Source: Octopus sinensis (lineage: Eukaryota). Taken from it: a stretch of 64,000 nt of DNA. The notes under the pieces were generated by a model. That model had not been told where the DNA came from, searched no databases, and worked only from the letters and a program-made list of their open reading frames with translations. Position 1 is the first letter of the stretch; each line of letters opens with the position of its first letter. A program made the translations under genes and the position numbers. Shown piece after piece: positions 13,780 to 26,764 of the stretch. The stretch spans positions 27,714,001 through 27,778,000 of the forward strand of contig NC_043001.1 of the NCBI RefSeq assembly GCF_006345805.1, read 5' to 3'.

Positions 13780-15620
13780 GTGGATTCTTACTTTTTCTCT
13801 ATGACAATATTTGATGAAAGTCATCCACCCTTACATACTGAACTGTTTTACTCAGCACTTCAGGTGCATTAGTATCTTCTTGTTTAAAACCAACAAGGCA
13901 ACCAACCCTAACAATGTTTCTTTCTTTACACTCAAACAATGCTTCCTGAACCTATCCTTATCTTTACCAAACTCTTCAGTCTCTCATTCCCATTTCCCAT
14001 GTAGGAAAACTCCTCTGATTCTGACACCTATTTTCCTATCACAGTTCCATCATCTCAAAGGTGATAGTAACAATTCTTAATCAATGACCACCAGAATAGC
14101 TTTCATAAAGCCAGATCTACTGAAGGTTTACTCTGTTACGTCATTCACCAGTGGGCTTCCGTGTTTCAGAAATTTGGTACAAACATTTTGTTGCCCCCAA
14201 ATTAGCTAAGTTTCAACCTTGTCTGAAACAATCACTTGACAAAACTGTCTACCATTCATTCTTCTCTTGGATTATTAGCTTCTGATCAGATCTCATTGTT
14301 ATGGTCTGCTGATGGTGTTCTCTCTGATGTACACTTTCAAGGTTCTAGTTTGTCTTCACACTGGTTACATGAACAGAGATCTCAAAGACATAATCACTGC
14401 ACATATGAAGAAAACATTATCATCGCTCCCTTTCTCCCAATATAAACAACAAATTTATATTGTTAATATATATGTTAAATAAGCCTCACCATCACTGATG
14501 ATGTCTCCTTCATGACACAATCTCAACATAGCCAGGACTGTGTCACAAAGACTCCTAACTCCTAATGTTTTTGTACAGTATTGCTTCCATATCTAGGATG
14601 GTACTGTTACTATACTAAGGCGGTGAGCTGGCAGAAACATTAGCTCGCCGGGTGAAATGCTTAGCGGTATTTTGTCTGCCGTTATGTTGTGAGTTCAAAT
14701 TCCGCTGAGGTCAACTTTGTCTTTCATCCTTTCGGGGTCGAATAAATAAGTACCAGTTACGCACTGGGGTCGATATAATCGACTTAATCCGTTTGTCTGT
14801 CCTTGTTTGTCCTCTCTGTGTTTAGCCCCTTGTGGGTAGTAAAGAAATAGGTCCTGCTACTATACATGTAGATGTCTTTGAGATTGCATCCAAAACTACT
14901 TAACTGATTGATATGAAGCCACTCATCTACACACCCCACAGAAGTGCTATTTCCTTTCTCTAACTTTTCTAATATTACTGTAGTAGCCCCTGCTCCATGG
15001 TGCTGGGTGATCTTGTGCCATTCCCCTTCAAACAACTCTCTTTCATCATCCATATTGTGTCCACTCAACCCAGGCTCTGCACTAACCACTATGCCTTATA
15101 CATTCTTGCTAAATCATTAACTCCATGGAATTCCTTCTGTGTGCTAATTTTTTTTTTTTTTCCTGCAGCTGTCAACTTGTACCTGTCCAAGAGAAAAGCA
15201 TTAATAGTATTGATGATTTTAGTGCCTTCTAATAAGTATTGCTGCCACTGTCATTGTAAAGCAGCACGAAGCCACCTGAATGTGTCATGGCATTCAGAAT
15301 GTATGATTGCTATAAAAATAACTACCTACCCCCCCCCCATCTGTGTGCGTAGATTACAAAAATGCAAAACATTTTCTAAGAGGATAACTTTTGTGACAAA
15401 GCATTGTATGTTTTTTTTTTTCATGTATAGACAGGTAACATAATTGAGTTCTTTAGATACATCCTGCACCAATTTCTGCCTCTTTGCAACTGCTGAACAC
15501 TATTTTTCTGTTCTTTAAATATTGTTTTTGGGATTATAAAACCTTAACAATCCATTCTTCTGGAGAACATTTCCAACCTTGCACTTAACTTTTCTCTATC
15601 AAATCTCTATTCTTAAATGC
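13780..15620 (+). mobile_element. Highly decayed LINE RT region (CR1/Jockey-like), interrupted by a SINE
   Basis: Remnants FHKARSTEGLLCYVIHQW (GFRxxRST motif), a QGS segment, an xDD site near 14495 and an NxFFxRT motif near 15550; many stops and frameshifts. Confidence 0.55.
14616..14849 (+). mobile_element. Young tRNA-derived SINE, family B, with target-site duplication
   Basis: Head aggcggtgagctggcagaa, B box gagttcaaattcc, core tttcatcctttcggggtcg. 16-bp TSD ggtactgttactatac (14600-14615) and ggtcctgctactatac (14850-14865), 2 mismatches. Confidence 0.9.
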
Positions 15621-16423
15621 TTTCCATTCATAGATACACTCCATATTACCCTTCTATGCTTTGGTCAGTTTGATTGTGCTGAGCCAAATGTTAACTGTTT
15701 CTGTAGAATGAGTTGTATGGCTTGACAAATTTACTTTTATGCATATTTTCTTTAAATGTTTTCAATTGGGATGCCGTTTTGTATAACTATGATTTCTATC
15801 TTGAAGTTACCCACTTTTTACATGGTTTTACCAGATATTACTTGGTAGTGTATGATATGAAGTTTAAAACAATCATTTGCAAGTTTCTAATATAGAAGCT
15901 TAGCTATTCATAATGTTATATGCTTAGTAGCTGGCATAGTTGTATGGTTAAGAAGTTCACTTTGTAGCTACATAGTTCTATGTTGCATGTCACTGAGTAG
16001 CACCTTGGGCAGGTGTTTTCTACTAAAGCCTTGGGTAGACTGATGACTGGAATTTGGTAGATTGAAGCTGCAAAACATGTCTCATTTATACATGCACATG
16101 TATGTACACATGTACATATGTTTGTACATACACACCTATGTACATGTGTGTGCATCCTTTTATTGGTGTAAATTGGTGTTGTATCTCATTATACGAAAGC
16201 ATAGTATAGCTGAATGATTTGACAGGTTGAGATTTATGTAATGAGTATTAGGGTTGATATAATTGACCCAAACTTTTTAAGTGCGATATCCTGTAATAAC
16301 TGTTGTGCAATAACTTAATCCAGCAAATGAATATACTTTCGGATATAACAGATTTTAAAATTTCTATTATAATTGACTGCTTATGAAGAACCCCAATTGA
16401 TATTTAGAAGGAAAATGTAGGTG

Positions 16424-16609
16424 TTCTTTTATTCTTTTACATATTTCAGTCATTTGACTGCGGCCATGCTGTAGCACCACCTGAAAGGGTTTTAGCTGAA
16501 GAAATTGACCTCAGGACTTGTTCTTTGTAAGCCTAGTACTTATTCTATTGGCCTCTTTTGCCAAACTGCTAAGTTATGGGGACACAGACAAAAAGACACA
16601 CACAAATAT

Positions 16610-16677
<68 letters not shown>

Positions 16678-16836
16678 CATACACGACAGGCTTCTTTCAG
16701 TTTCCATCTACCAAATCCACTCAAGGCTTTGGCAGCCCGAGGCTACAGTAGAAAACACTCAAGATGCCATGCAGTGGGACTGAACCTGAAACCATGTGGT
16801 TGGGAAGCAAGCTTCTTACCACAAAGCCATGCCTGT
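16424..16836 (-). mobile_element. SINE family A with long internal (TA)n
   Basis: Colinear with 61443-61834, with a partial internal deletion. Confidence 0.88.
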
Positions 16837-16859
16837 GTGGAGACATTTTTTTGAGCTCC

Positions 16860-17460
16860 TTTTCTATTGAGAAAGGATTGGGAAAGTGTTCACTGTAGAC
16901 CCTGAGAGAAAAATAAAGACATGGTAAAAGTGACAAGAAGTGAGATCGGTGTGACTGGATAGAGGGAGTATGCAGCAGAGTAATTCAGAGGAGCTGAGGC
17001 TTTTCAGAAAAAGAGACGACAAGTCTGCGAGCTTGTGGTTTTGGCATGTTAGTGAGTCAATTGGCTGAAGGCCTATTTTTTTTTTGATTTATTCTTGAAT
17101 ATTTGTGTGTGTAGCAACAGCATTGTCTTGGTAACTAATCAAGGCCGAAGTATTTTCTGGCTGTGTTGAGGGAAGAAAATTCATGGAATACATTTTTAAT
17201 CAAGGATTTATATGTTGTCATGAAAGATTGTCAGAAATTGTGAGGTCCGGCATTTGTAATGATGTTTGTGTGTTGTAAAGGGGTTGTGGTTTAAGACTGT
17301 TCTTGAGAGTGGGACACTCAGTGATTTTGTCTTTGTGTTGTTGAAGGAGACTAGATTGTCATGTTTTTGAGGTCAGATATTCATGAAGTCTAGTGTGAGG
17401 TGTCTAGGCTGCATGTGGATGACAGCTTGTGTGCAGATGGTTAAAAGTAGTAAAGAGTGG
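16860..17460 (-). mobile_element. Decayed LINE RT C-terminal remnant (CR1/Jockey-like)
   Basis: Reverse strand gives NLVSFNNTKT and LTISDNLS*QHI-like remnants. Confidence 0.45.
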
Positions 17461-17725
17461 TATCAACTACATAAGTGTGTGTGTGTGTGTCTAGCTTGAA
17501 GTAACAAAAAGTAAGTAAAATGTAGGAGACTAACGGAATCTTGAGGTTGTGTGGGTGAGAATTTCATTTTGCAACCTTTTAGTTTTGGGTTCAGTCCCAT
17601 TCTTTGATACTTTGAACATGTTTTCTACAGTAGCCTTAAGGTGAAAGTAAAATTTGTTACACATAAACTACAAAAGCACATTGTACACACATACATACAC
17701 ACATTAGGTGCAGTCTAATAAGCTA

Positions 17726-18535
17726 TCATCATCATCATAGCTTAACGTCCGTTTTCCGCACTAGCATGGGTTGGACGGTTCGACCGGGGTCTGGGAAGCC
17801 AGGAGGCTGCACCAGGCTCCAGTCTGATCTGGCAGTGTTTCTACAGCTGGATGCCCTTCTTAACGCCAACCACTCTGTGAGTGTAGTGGGTGCTTTTTAC
17901 GTGCCACCGGCACAGGTGCCAGGGGAGTCTGGCAGCGGCCACGATTAGTTGGTGCTTTTAACGTGCCACTGGCATGGAAGCCAGTCAAGGCGGCGCTGGC
18001 ATTGGCCACATTCGGATGGTGCTTTTTACGTGCCACTGGTACAGAAGCCAGTCGAGGTGGCGCTGGCATTGGTGCTTTTTATGTGCCACCGGCACAAGTA
18101 TCACAACTACTATTTCCATTGATATTTATTTCGATGTTCATGTACTTGATTCAATAGGTCTCCTCAAGCACAGCGGGTTGTTCTGAAATCCAAGGTACTT
18201 TGAATGGGCAGGGGCTATGCGGAACTGGTGCAGGAAGCAGCCCGGGTCTTTGCAGTCACAGCATATCTCCAGAGATCTTGGTCCTTCGTCATTGCCTCTG
18301 TGAGGCCCAACGCTCTGAGGTCATGCTTGACTACCTCATCCCATGTCATCCTGGGTCTACCTCTCCCCCTGATACCTTCAACTGTTTGGGAGTGGCACTT
18401 CTTCACACATCTCTCCTCATCCATCCGCAGTACATGACCATACCATCGCAAGCATCACTCTTGCACACCACATCTGATGCTTCTTATGTCCAGCATTTCT
18501 CTCAGGGTGCTTACACTCTGTCGTGCGCGCACACA
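17726..18535 (-). mobile_element. 5'-truncated RTE LINE (RT C-terminus plus 3' UTR)
   Basis: ORF 18215-18451 encodes RWYGHVLRMDEERCVKK...RGRGRPRMTWDEVV; 3' UTR has four gtgccggtggcacgtaaaaagcacc-type units and a (GAT)n tail. Confidence 0.92.
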
Positions 18536-18859
18536 TTGCCTGAGCTGGAAAAAAGGTCTTACATCTATGTGTTATATCTGTGTATATTGAAGGGAAAAAT
18601 CATGTTGCATTGTTTTATAAAAAAAAATGCTACATCATAATCATCACAATCATTTTAATGTCCATTTTGTTCCCATGCGTGTAAGGATTGGATGGAATTT
18701 ATTGATGCAGATTTTGTAATTGCCTGATGCTCTCCCTGTCATCAACCCATACTTACTTTCAAGCAAGGAAATATTTCTCCATGGCCAGACATGTTTTCAC
18801 AAGATATTGGAAATTAATGACTATTACAATCATACAATATCATGACAGATACACAAATG

Positions 18860-18892
<33 letters not shown>

Positions 18893-20361
18893 ATACATAC
18901 ATACACATGTACATAAACATGTATATGTATGATGAGCTTCTTTCAGTTTTCGTTTACCAGATTCATTCACAAAGTTTTGGTTGATCTGGGGCTATTGTAG
19001 AAGACATTTATCCAAGGTACCATGTAGTAAGACTGAACCTGAAACTGTGGCAGTCTTCTTATTCACACAGTCACACATTTCACCACATTAAGTATTCAAT
19101 ACAATACTAAGTCCAGTGACTGAAACTAATTAAAGGGGAAAAAAGGACCAGATTTATTAGTATGGGTCAGAGAAAGCCTTGTTGGCTCACACTGTAGTGG
19201 AATAATCTGACAGAAAACTCTAGATGCAAGACAGATGAAGTCCATAGATAGGTGACTTAGGAGGTTATGACTCGGCATTGCAGTGAAAACAATATTGTTT
19301 ACATGGAAGTTAAGTTTTTGGAAGAAAGGGCAGTAAGTCTGCAGCTGGTAGGGACAATGATGATTTCCTCTCCGTGAGAATGGGAGTCTCTTTAAGATGT
19401 TTCCTGAGATTGGATAGAGAAGATTGAGAAGTTTTGCAAAGATAAAAACTAGTCTTGAAGTGAATTGGTAGAAGATTGAATAAAATATTCCATGGTTTTT
19501 AGTTGTGTGCCTTTGTTATGAATTCCAATCATATCAAGATCTGCTTTGTGTTTCAGTTGTTTGGAGTTGATAAAAATAAGTACCAGTTAAATATCAGAAT
19601 TGGTGCAATTGACTTTTTCCCCACCCCACATACTTGTGGCCTTGTGCCTGAGAAATCTTTATTATTACTCCCTGCACCCTCCCCAAATTGTGCATCCCTG
19701 TTCCCTCATCTTCTCTAATCTTTATAGATTTCCTTCTCTCACATCCTCATTCACTCTTGAAAGCCTCCACTCTCCCCACCAACTTCTACCCCTGCTACCT
19801 GAGGTGCCACTTGGACATCACCACTGTCTGTCTCCTTGGAGATACCTCTAATCCATTCTCTCTCTCTCTCTCTTAAATGTGAGTAGTCATGTAGCTTCTC
19901 TCTCCAACCTCATACCTTAATCCTCATCTAAAGTGGACGTTGCATCCTTCCTTCCTGGGTTTGTTGTCTTGTGAGCTGTATGGTGACCTCAGTAGTGCCG
20001 GTGGCATGTAAAAAGCATCTAGTACACACTGTAAAGTGGTTGACATTAGGAAGGGCATCCATCTGTAGAAGCCATGCCAAAACAGACACAGGAGCATGAT
20101 GCAGTCTTTAGACTCATCGGGTCCTTGTCAACTCATCCATTGGTACATGGACCTCAAATGATAATGATGATGACTTCTATATTCTGCATACCATTAATTT
20201 TGGATCAAATTACAAGTCTAGTTTTAGGGTTGATTTAATTGATATCTCCCCCTCACATTTTTTTTTGTAGCCCTGTGCCTCAGTTAAAAATCATTTATAT
20301 TTTTTATTATTAATGGAAATGGAGTAACAGGGTTCAAATATCTAAGCAGTAACCAGTATTT

Positions 20362-20366
20362 AAATA

Positions 20367-20399
<33 letters not shown>

Positions 20400-20690
20400 A
20401 ATTATTGTATACAGTGCTCAGGTGCACCACAACTTGTCAGAAAGTGCATATAAAGTACATGCAGTAATGTAGAAATGTCTGGAAAGTGAACATGCTTGTG
20501 TGTGTATGGAGGGGAGAAAATCAAGTGTAGTGTTGGCGAATCTCAGGAAGCATGGAAGTCTTGAAGGATGCAGTGCTCCGACAACTAACAACCGATGCCG
20601 GGAGTTTGTTCCACGCTTCAGCAACTCTCAGCGTGAAAAAATGTTTCCTGAAGTCATGGGAGCTGTGCTGTTTTCTTACTTTGTAAATAT
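20362..20690 (-). mobile_element. CR1-clade LINE 3' end
   Basis: Reverse strand encodes HIYKVRKQHSSHDFRKHFFTLRVAEAWNKLPASVVSCRSTASFKTSMLPEIRQHYT* (FFxxRVxxxWNxLP signature) followed by an (ATT)n tail. Confidence 0.88.
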
Positions 20691-21552
20691 GTTTAGTTCT
20701 GTACCTTTATATTCAGGAGTATTTTTGATAGAGGTTGATAAAATAAGCTGGAGGATAGATTCACTTGATTGCACCCGACCCACTACAGATTTTACTTTGT
20801 GTCTATGCATGAAATAAGATGAAATAAATAAGATTTTCAGTTTTTAAATTTATTGTTTTAATAACAAATAGTTAATTTCCGTGGCAGGTATAATAATCCT
20901 GTGTTTTACTATTAATTAAAAACTTTTAATTACAAAAGCAAATCAGTGTTGTTTAAAGGGTTTATATATGGTATGGTATAAATAAATATTATTAAAAAAA
21001 CATTTGTGATATTACAAGGAAGGAAAAAATTATTGAACTTTATGTATATTTAACTAAAAGTCAAATTCTTTAGTGAGAAAGGATTTTCAGTTGTTGGGCC
21101 TCACAGAGAGGATGGCAGGAAACCAAGACTCCTGGAAGTTTGATGTACTTGAGAAAATACATCAAGCTAAGTAAAATCACAGTTTTCCTTATATACTGGT
21201 GTGTCCCCTGCTGAGCGATCCTAATCTTGCAAGCTCTTGGGTGCTGGTGTCACGTAAAAAGCACCCAGTATACTCTGCAAATTGGTTGGTGTTAGGAAGG
21301 GCATCCAACCATAGAAACCATGCCAAAACAGACATGGAGCCTGGGCAGCTCTTCAGCTGGCCAGCTCCTGTCAAACTGTCCCACCCATGCCAACATAGAA
21401 AACAAACTTTGTACGATGATGATGTAAAATGCATATGAAATGATATTTTCTATTAGCTTTCAGATTCAGCTCAAATGTAGATTTTTCTGCTTTTGAATAT
21501 CCAATTTGGCCTCTAGTAAATGGTTTTTTTTCATTGTTCTGTTTTATTTCAG

Positions 21553-21712
21553 GTGGAATCCTTTTTCTTGGGTCAGGAAATAGAAGACACAGAAGCCCCC
21601 ATGCTGGAGGCTGCGAAGTTCCTATTACCAGCAGAAAATATCGAAGGAGCAAACTTGCAGACTGTTGATCCCGAAACACATGCTCGCCTTGAAGCCCTCC
21701 TAGAAGTTGCAG
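21553..21712 (+). CDS. ANKHD1: Internal coding exon of the ankyrin repeat and KH domain protein Mask (ANKHD1/ANKRD17 ortholog), N-terminal region
   Basis: Acceptor gttttatttcag| and donor GCAG|gtaaca; 160 nt, phase 0 to phase 1. Encodes VESFFLGQEIEDTEAPMLEAAKFLLPAENIEGANLQTVDPETHARLEALLEVAG, which matches the ANKHD1/ANKRD17 segment VESF...TVDPETQARLEALLEAAG as I recall it. Invertebrates have a single ortholog, so the ANKHD1 versus ANKRD17 label is arbitrary. Confidence 0.95.
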
Positions 21713-21749
21713 GTAACAAAATTCATTAGAAAAAAAAAAAAGAAGTAAT

Positions 21750-22075
21750 CATATATACATACATACGTGTGTGTATGTATTTATATATATACATATAATG
21801 TTTGTGTATATAACGTAGTTAGATAATGTGTGTACATACGTGTATGTGTGTGTGTGTATATGTATATATATATGTGTGTGTGTGTTTGTGTGTGTATATA
21901 ATATAGTCAGATAATGTGTATACATGTATGTATATATATGTTTGTGTATATGATATAGATATATAATGTGTGTACATATACGTATGTATATATATGTTTG
22001 TGTGTTCATATATGTGTATGTATGTTTTATATATATATATTGTGTTTATGTGTGTGTATATATATGTGTATGTGA
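21750..22075. repeat. Compound (TA)/(TG) microsatellite just downstream of the coding exon
   Basis: Degenerate alternating TA/TG runs over about 320 bp. Confidence 0.9.
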
Positions 22076-22424
22076 ATAATATATTACTATTTTTCTTAGA
22101 GTAAACATGTTTTAAGTGTCATGTTTTTTGTCATGAGAAATTTCTGCTTGAAATAGATACTTTGTATGGTTCTGTGTCTCAGTTCTTTGCTATTAATCCT
22201 AAGCTGCCTTTTGGAATATTATTCCTAGTTTTTTGACATTTTTTTTTTTTCATTTTGATTATTGTATTTGGAATTATTTTTTTCTGTTCATAACTTTTAT
22301 TTTCGTTCACTTGAACATTTAACAAGGGGCAGCTTCCATGACACACCTTCTGTGAATAACTTTCTAATCTACATCGTGGGATTTGATTTTGGATATCTTT
22401 ATCTTTCTTCTGGTCGAATTCTCT

Positions 22425-22830
22425 TATTTTTTATCTCTTCTATCTTTTACTTGTTTCAATCATTTGGCTGCGGCCATACTGGGGCAACACCTTGAAGGGT
22501 TTTTAATTGAATAAATTGACCCCAGGACTTATTTAAAAAAAAAAAGCTTTTTTAAAGTCTGGTACTTCTATCAGTTTCTTTTGCTGAACCGCTGAGTTAT
22601 GGAGATATAAACATACCAACACTGGTTGTCAAGTGCTGGTAAGAGGCAAACACAAAGACACACATACGACAGGCAGGCGTCTTTCAGTTTCCATTTACCA
22701 AATCCACTCAAAATGTTTTGGTCAGCCTGAGGCTATAGTAAAAGACACTTGCCTAAGGTGCCATGCAGTGGGACTGAACCCAGAACCATGTGGTTAGGAA
22801 GCAAATTTCTTACTGCACATCTATACCTGC
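22425..22830 (-). mobile_element. SINE family A
   Basis: Colinear with 61443-61834. Confidence 0.88.
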
Positions 22831-23165
22831 TGTGTTGTTTTTTTTTTTTAATAATTGTTTTATATTGTGTACAGCAAAAACGTTTTGTGCTTATTTTATA
22901 TTTGATTATTAATACACATTTGGTTTAGAAACATTAACAGATATTTTGCAAACTTTGCACTAGCATTTGATATAAAAGCTGATATGGGTCACTACATACA
23001 AAAATGAAGGATCATGGGATTTGAGTTTAGTAAGATTCTGATTTGAATCAAAGTAGTTTGTCATGGTAACGGAATTTAAATTCTTACATTATATTACCTC
23101 AGAATCTTTTCTACAAGTATAGCTATATTGATTCATAGAATTTATTTTTTTCACCTGCGTATTAA

Positions 23166-24068
23166 CTCTTTGAGCCCTGACCTACTGAACTTTATTTAAC
23201 CATATACCTGGCTTTCTGAGCAAAATAAGCTGAAAATTGGGTTAGCATCAATTATAGCTCTCAAAGCAAAAATATCAATGTCACTAACAATCTGACAACA
23301 CAAACATACGACAGAGATGCCTACCTGGCTCCAAGTGCCAATATTCTACCTTGGTATGCCAATTGGTCCAACATGTTGATCCTCTTTTGACTTGTTAGGT
23401 GTCTCCTCTTTAGCCTGAGTGGCTTGCAGATTCTATGAAAATGCTTCATTAAGGAATAGGTCTAGAAAACCCTGTGGGGTTGAGTTTTCATTTATATTTG
23501 CTGAAATGTTTCTAGGCCCACAATTAGAGTCATCAAAAGATAAATCAACTGGAGTATAACTCTTATTCCAATTTACAGGTACAGTGTTAGTTTGAGCAGG
23601 TCTCCTATCACCTGATGGGCCAGGACCATGCCCCCTTCCCCCTCTCGCTCTAGAATTTGATTCCTCATTACTCACACTTGAGTCCGACTCAATGTCACTG
23701 TCAGAAACTGAATCAAGATCACTTGCAGGATATTCTTCATCATTTTCGACCTCTATTTGAGTGATCACATCAGCAGCTGTGAACAGCTGCTTACGTTATT
23801 GTTTTGATTCAAAAATTCTGGGTTCAGGTTGACTTTGTTTCATGGTGAAAGAACTCAAATTTCAACATCAAAATAAGCCACATTCAACTCAGAAAGGCAG
23901 CAGACAGGTTGTTTTATCATTTTGTAGTCCTGGGGTGAGTGAGCATTCTGATTGGATAAAAATGAATCGTTGTACTTTAATGCAGATGTACTCCACCGGT
24001 AGAGCGGTGCTACGCTAAAGAGTAAAATAAGCCACCCACTGGTAAATCGGTGTTATGGGCTCATAGGG
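23166..24068 (-). mobile_element. Internally deleted piggyBac-like element retaining the transposase N-terminus
   Basis: Left TTAA (23162-23165) plus CTCTTTGAGCCC; right GGGCTCATAGGG is an imperfect inverted repeat (right TSD degenerate). ORF 23433-23768 has an acidic S/D/E tract then W...F....GP...TPxxFLxLF, typical of PGBD4-like transposase N-termini; no catalytic core. Confidence 0.72.
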
Positions 24069-24227
24069 TGATCAAGTAAGGGATTAAATGTCTATGTTGT
24101 TACTTAGTTTCAGATGGATTAAGGTAATTAATTGTCATTAATACACTGTTTTACTTGCATAATTAGAGACCACTTTTTGTAAAATCATTTGGTGAGGGCA
24201 GCTTCAATGACCTTTGCTGATCCTTTC

Positions 24228-24260
<33 letters not shown>

Positions 24261-25599
24261 CAGCAGACATGGAGGCAATGTTTTAATGTGAGATGCTAAT
24301 AAATGTTTTAATGAATATATCAATATACAATTACATTTAAAAAAATAAATGAGAAAAGTATTTTACATAGAGAAAAAAATCCACATCCAAACCTGCACAA
24401 ATTATAAATAGAATTGATTAGATTGGAAGGTAATGCAAACTTGGACGTAAATAATGTATATTATTAGCGCTGATATTTTCACCTTATTGCCAAGTTTTTA
24501 TCAAGAAGTGCTTTTTTCCAACTTGCGCATCTCATGTTAAATAAATTGCTTTTTTCAAGAAGTTCAAATATTTAGCCGGCTCACTTCCTTGTATAATCAA
24601 ACTTACATTCAATGCATCTAAATAAATGAGTATACTCTGTAACTTTTTGGGGTCATTAGAGTACATCTGAAGACTTAATTTGCATGCAGTGATGATTCAA
24701 TGGAAGATAAATTGTAGATTCTTGTTGCCAAACCTATTTAAGTAGATGCTTATTAACTCTAAAAGAAAATACTGCTTTTCATCATACTGTACCATTAATG
24801 TTTTCAATAGCAAACTATATCTCCTTATGGTAACTTTTGTGTCTAGGTAAACTGAGTTTTAATCTCTATGCAATTCTATTTGTCTGCATCTGTTTATGTA
24901 GTGATTCTCTCATCACTACCCTGGCAAGTACAGTAAAGATTGTTTCCCTATTGAACTTTCAATAAGACATCAACATATATGGTGTTCTCTTCAGCTGTCA
25001 TCATTCTATGCTGGCTGTCCATGTTGTTATGAGTTAAGTGGGTCATCATAGTCAGTTCTTATTAAGATCTACAGCTTTTGTAGGTATCTTGCTTTTACAC
25101 TTCATTTTTGGCTTGAATTCTATGAGTGGATTTCCTTCCTGTGACATCCACTTTTGTGTGTACTGGGTGCATTTTATGGCACCAACACTAGAGTGCTTGT
25201 CATGTTTTTGGCAAGACAAGGCTAAAACATCATGGCTCCACTCAGCTCTATGTTTTCCAAAATAAGATATTATCGTTGATTAATATTTGTTTTCCTCATT
25301 GCATAACTATTTATAGTAATTTTTTTAATGTACTCTGCATATGTTAACACTGGCTTAAATCTTAAATTCTGAATAACTTAACAGATGTGTGGAATACACC
25401 TTATAAGAGCTGATGATGAAATATAAATTGCCAACCTTTTGGTCTGTTGGCTTGCATGCTATTAATTTAGTCTGTTCTAAACATTTAAACAACTCATTCA
25501 ATTTTTCTTCTGAAAGACAAATGCATTATATCTTTGAATGCATTCATCTCCTCACTAAGCTAAAGTAATAATATGACAAACAATTGTACTTGTGCATTA

Positions 25600-25983
25600 T
25601 CTCTCTCTATATAAAGCTGAAGTTGTTTGTGTATGATAGCCTTCAACTGACACTATCTCCTCCGAGACCCTGTGGCGCAAGTTGACCAAAATTGAGAGTA
25701 TGATAGAAGAAGGCTTGCTCTTCCTTCCGTAGAAGAAAAAATTCAAATCGGACCATGTTAACACCAAAAATTATTTACATCAAAAAGGTGCTTTTTTTTC
25801 TTTGAAAATCTCAATTTTTTACGATTTTTTGACTGCTGTGTCGCCATTTTTCGGTGTATTTCAACCAGAAAAATGTTCACTTAAAGAGAATAACAAACTA
25901 CATAATGCAAAATTTTTACTTTTCAAAAATTCCAATTCTAAAGGGTCGAAACAAACCCGAGCAACGCCGGGCGATACTGCTAG
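25600..25983 (+). mobile_element. Non-autonomous Helitron
   Basis: Starts TC after A (tctctctctatataaag), ends CTAG before T; subterminal hairpin cccg-agcaacgc-cggg (25956-25971); no TSD. Confidence 0.85.
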
Positions 25984-26764
25984 TTCATTGATAAAGCACC
26001 TTATGTGCTGTGGTTGAATGAAAGATTCACGTTAAATTTGAGAATGATTTGATATTGATTTGTCAATCAAAATAGTTGAATGGATATTAAAAATAAATAA
26101 ATGATCTGTTAGAAAAAATATAAAATAAATACTTCACTTGTGGCTGGGGTCCAGCTTCCTGTCAACAAACTATTCTCTTTTTCATCATTAAAAGTCATTG
26201 AAATGTATTACCAATCAAATGTTTGGTTGCAATAACATTAAGATGGTTGGAAGTTCTTTGTTTTGGTTTATTTATTCATGTTTTTGAGCTCAAGGAGGAC
26301 ATTGACCTTAGCAAATAAGTCATCTTGGATAAGATTTAGAAAGTGATATACAACAAACTCAAATAATCAAATCAAGAATTATTCATCTTCATAATGATAT
26401 GATTTATGATCTGAATATCTGCAATGTAGTCATCATTGTGGTCATAAGTCATCAGAGTAATTTTCTTTTCTATTTTCAGTGTTAGCTTAGGAAAGCTGGA
26501 TATATTTTGTGCTTTATTACTTGTTAGTCCATGTTAATACTGTATTATTTATTATAAATTTGTTAAATTTTCAATATTTCTTGATGAGTCTCAGTATGCA
26601 AATGTGTTGTCTGTCTTGTAGAGCCAGCCATGATTGTTTGTTTATTGCTTGTGGTCATTTCTCATTTAAGCAATTCAGATGGAGGAAGATAGATGTGTTT
26701 CCTGTGTTGTAATCTAGCTATTATTATACAGCTAAGATGTTCACAGACAGATAGCAGTTGACCA

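Noticed and set aside
21520-21729. 69-aa ORF as a standalone gene
   Set aside because: It is the Mask exon plus intronic read-through on both sides.
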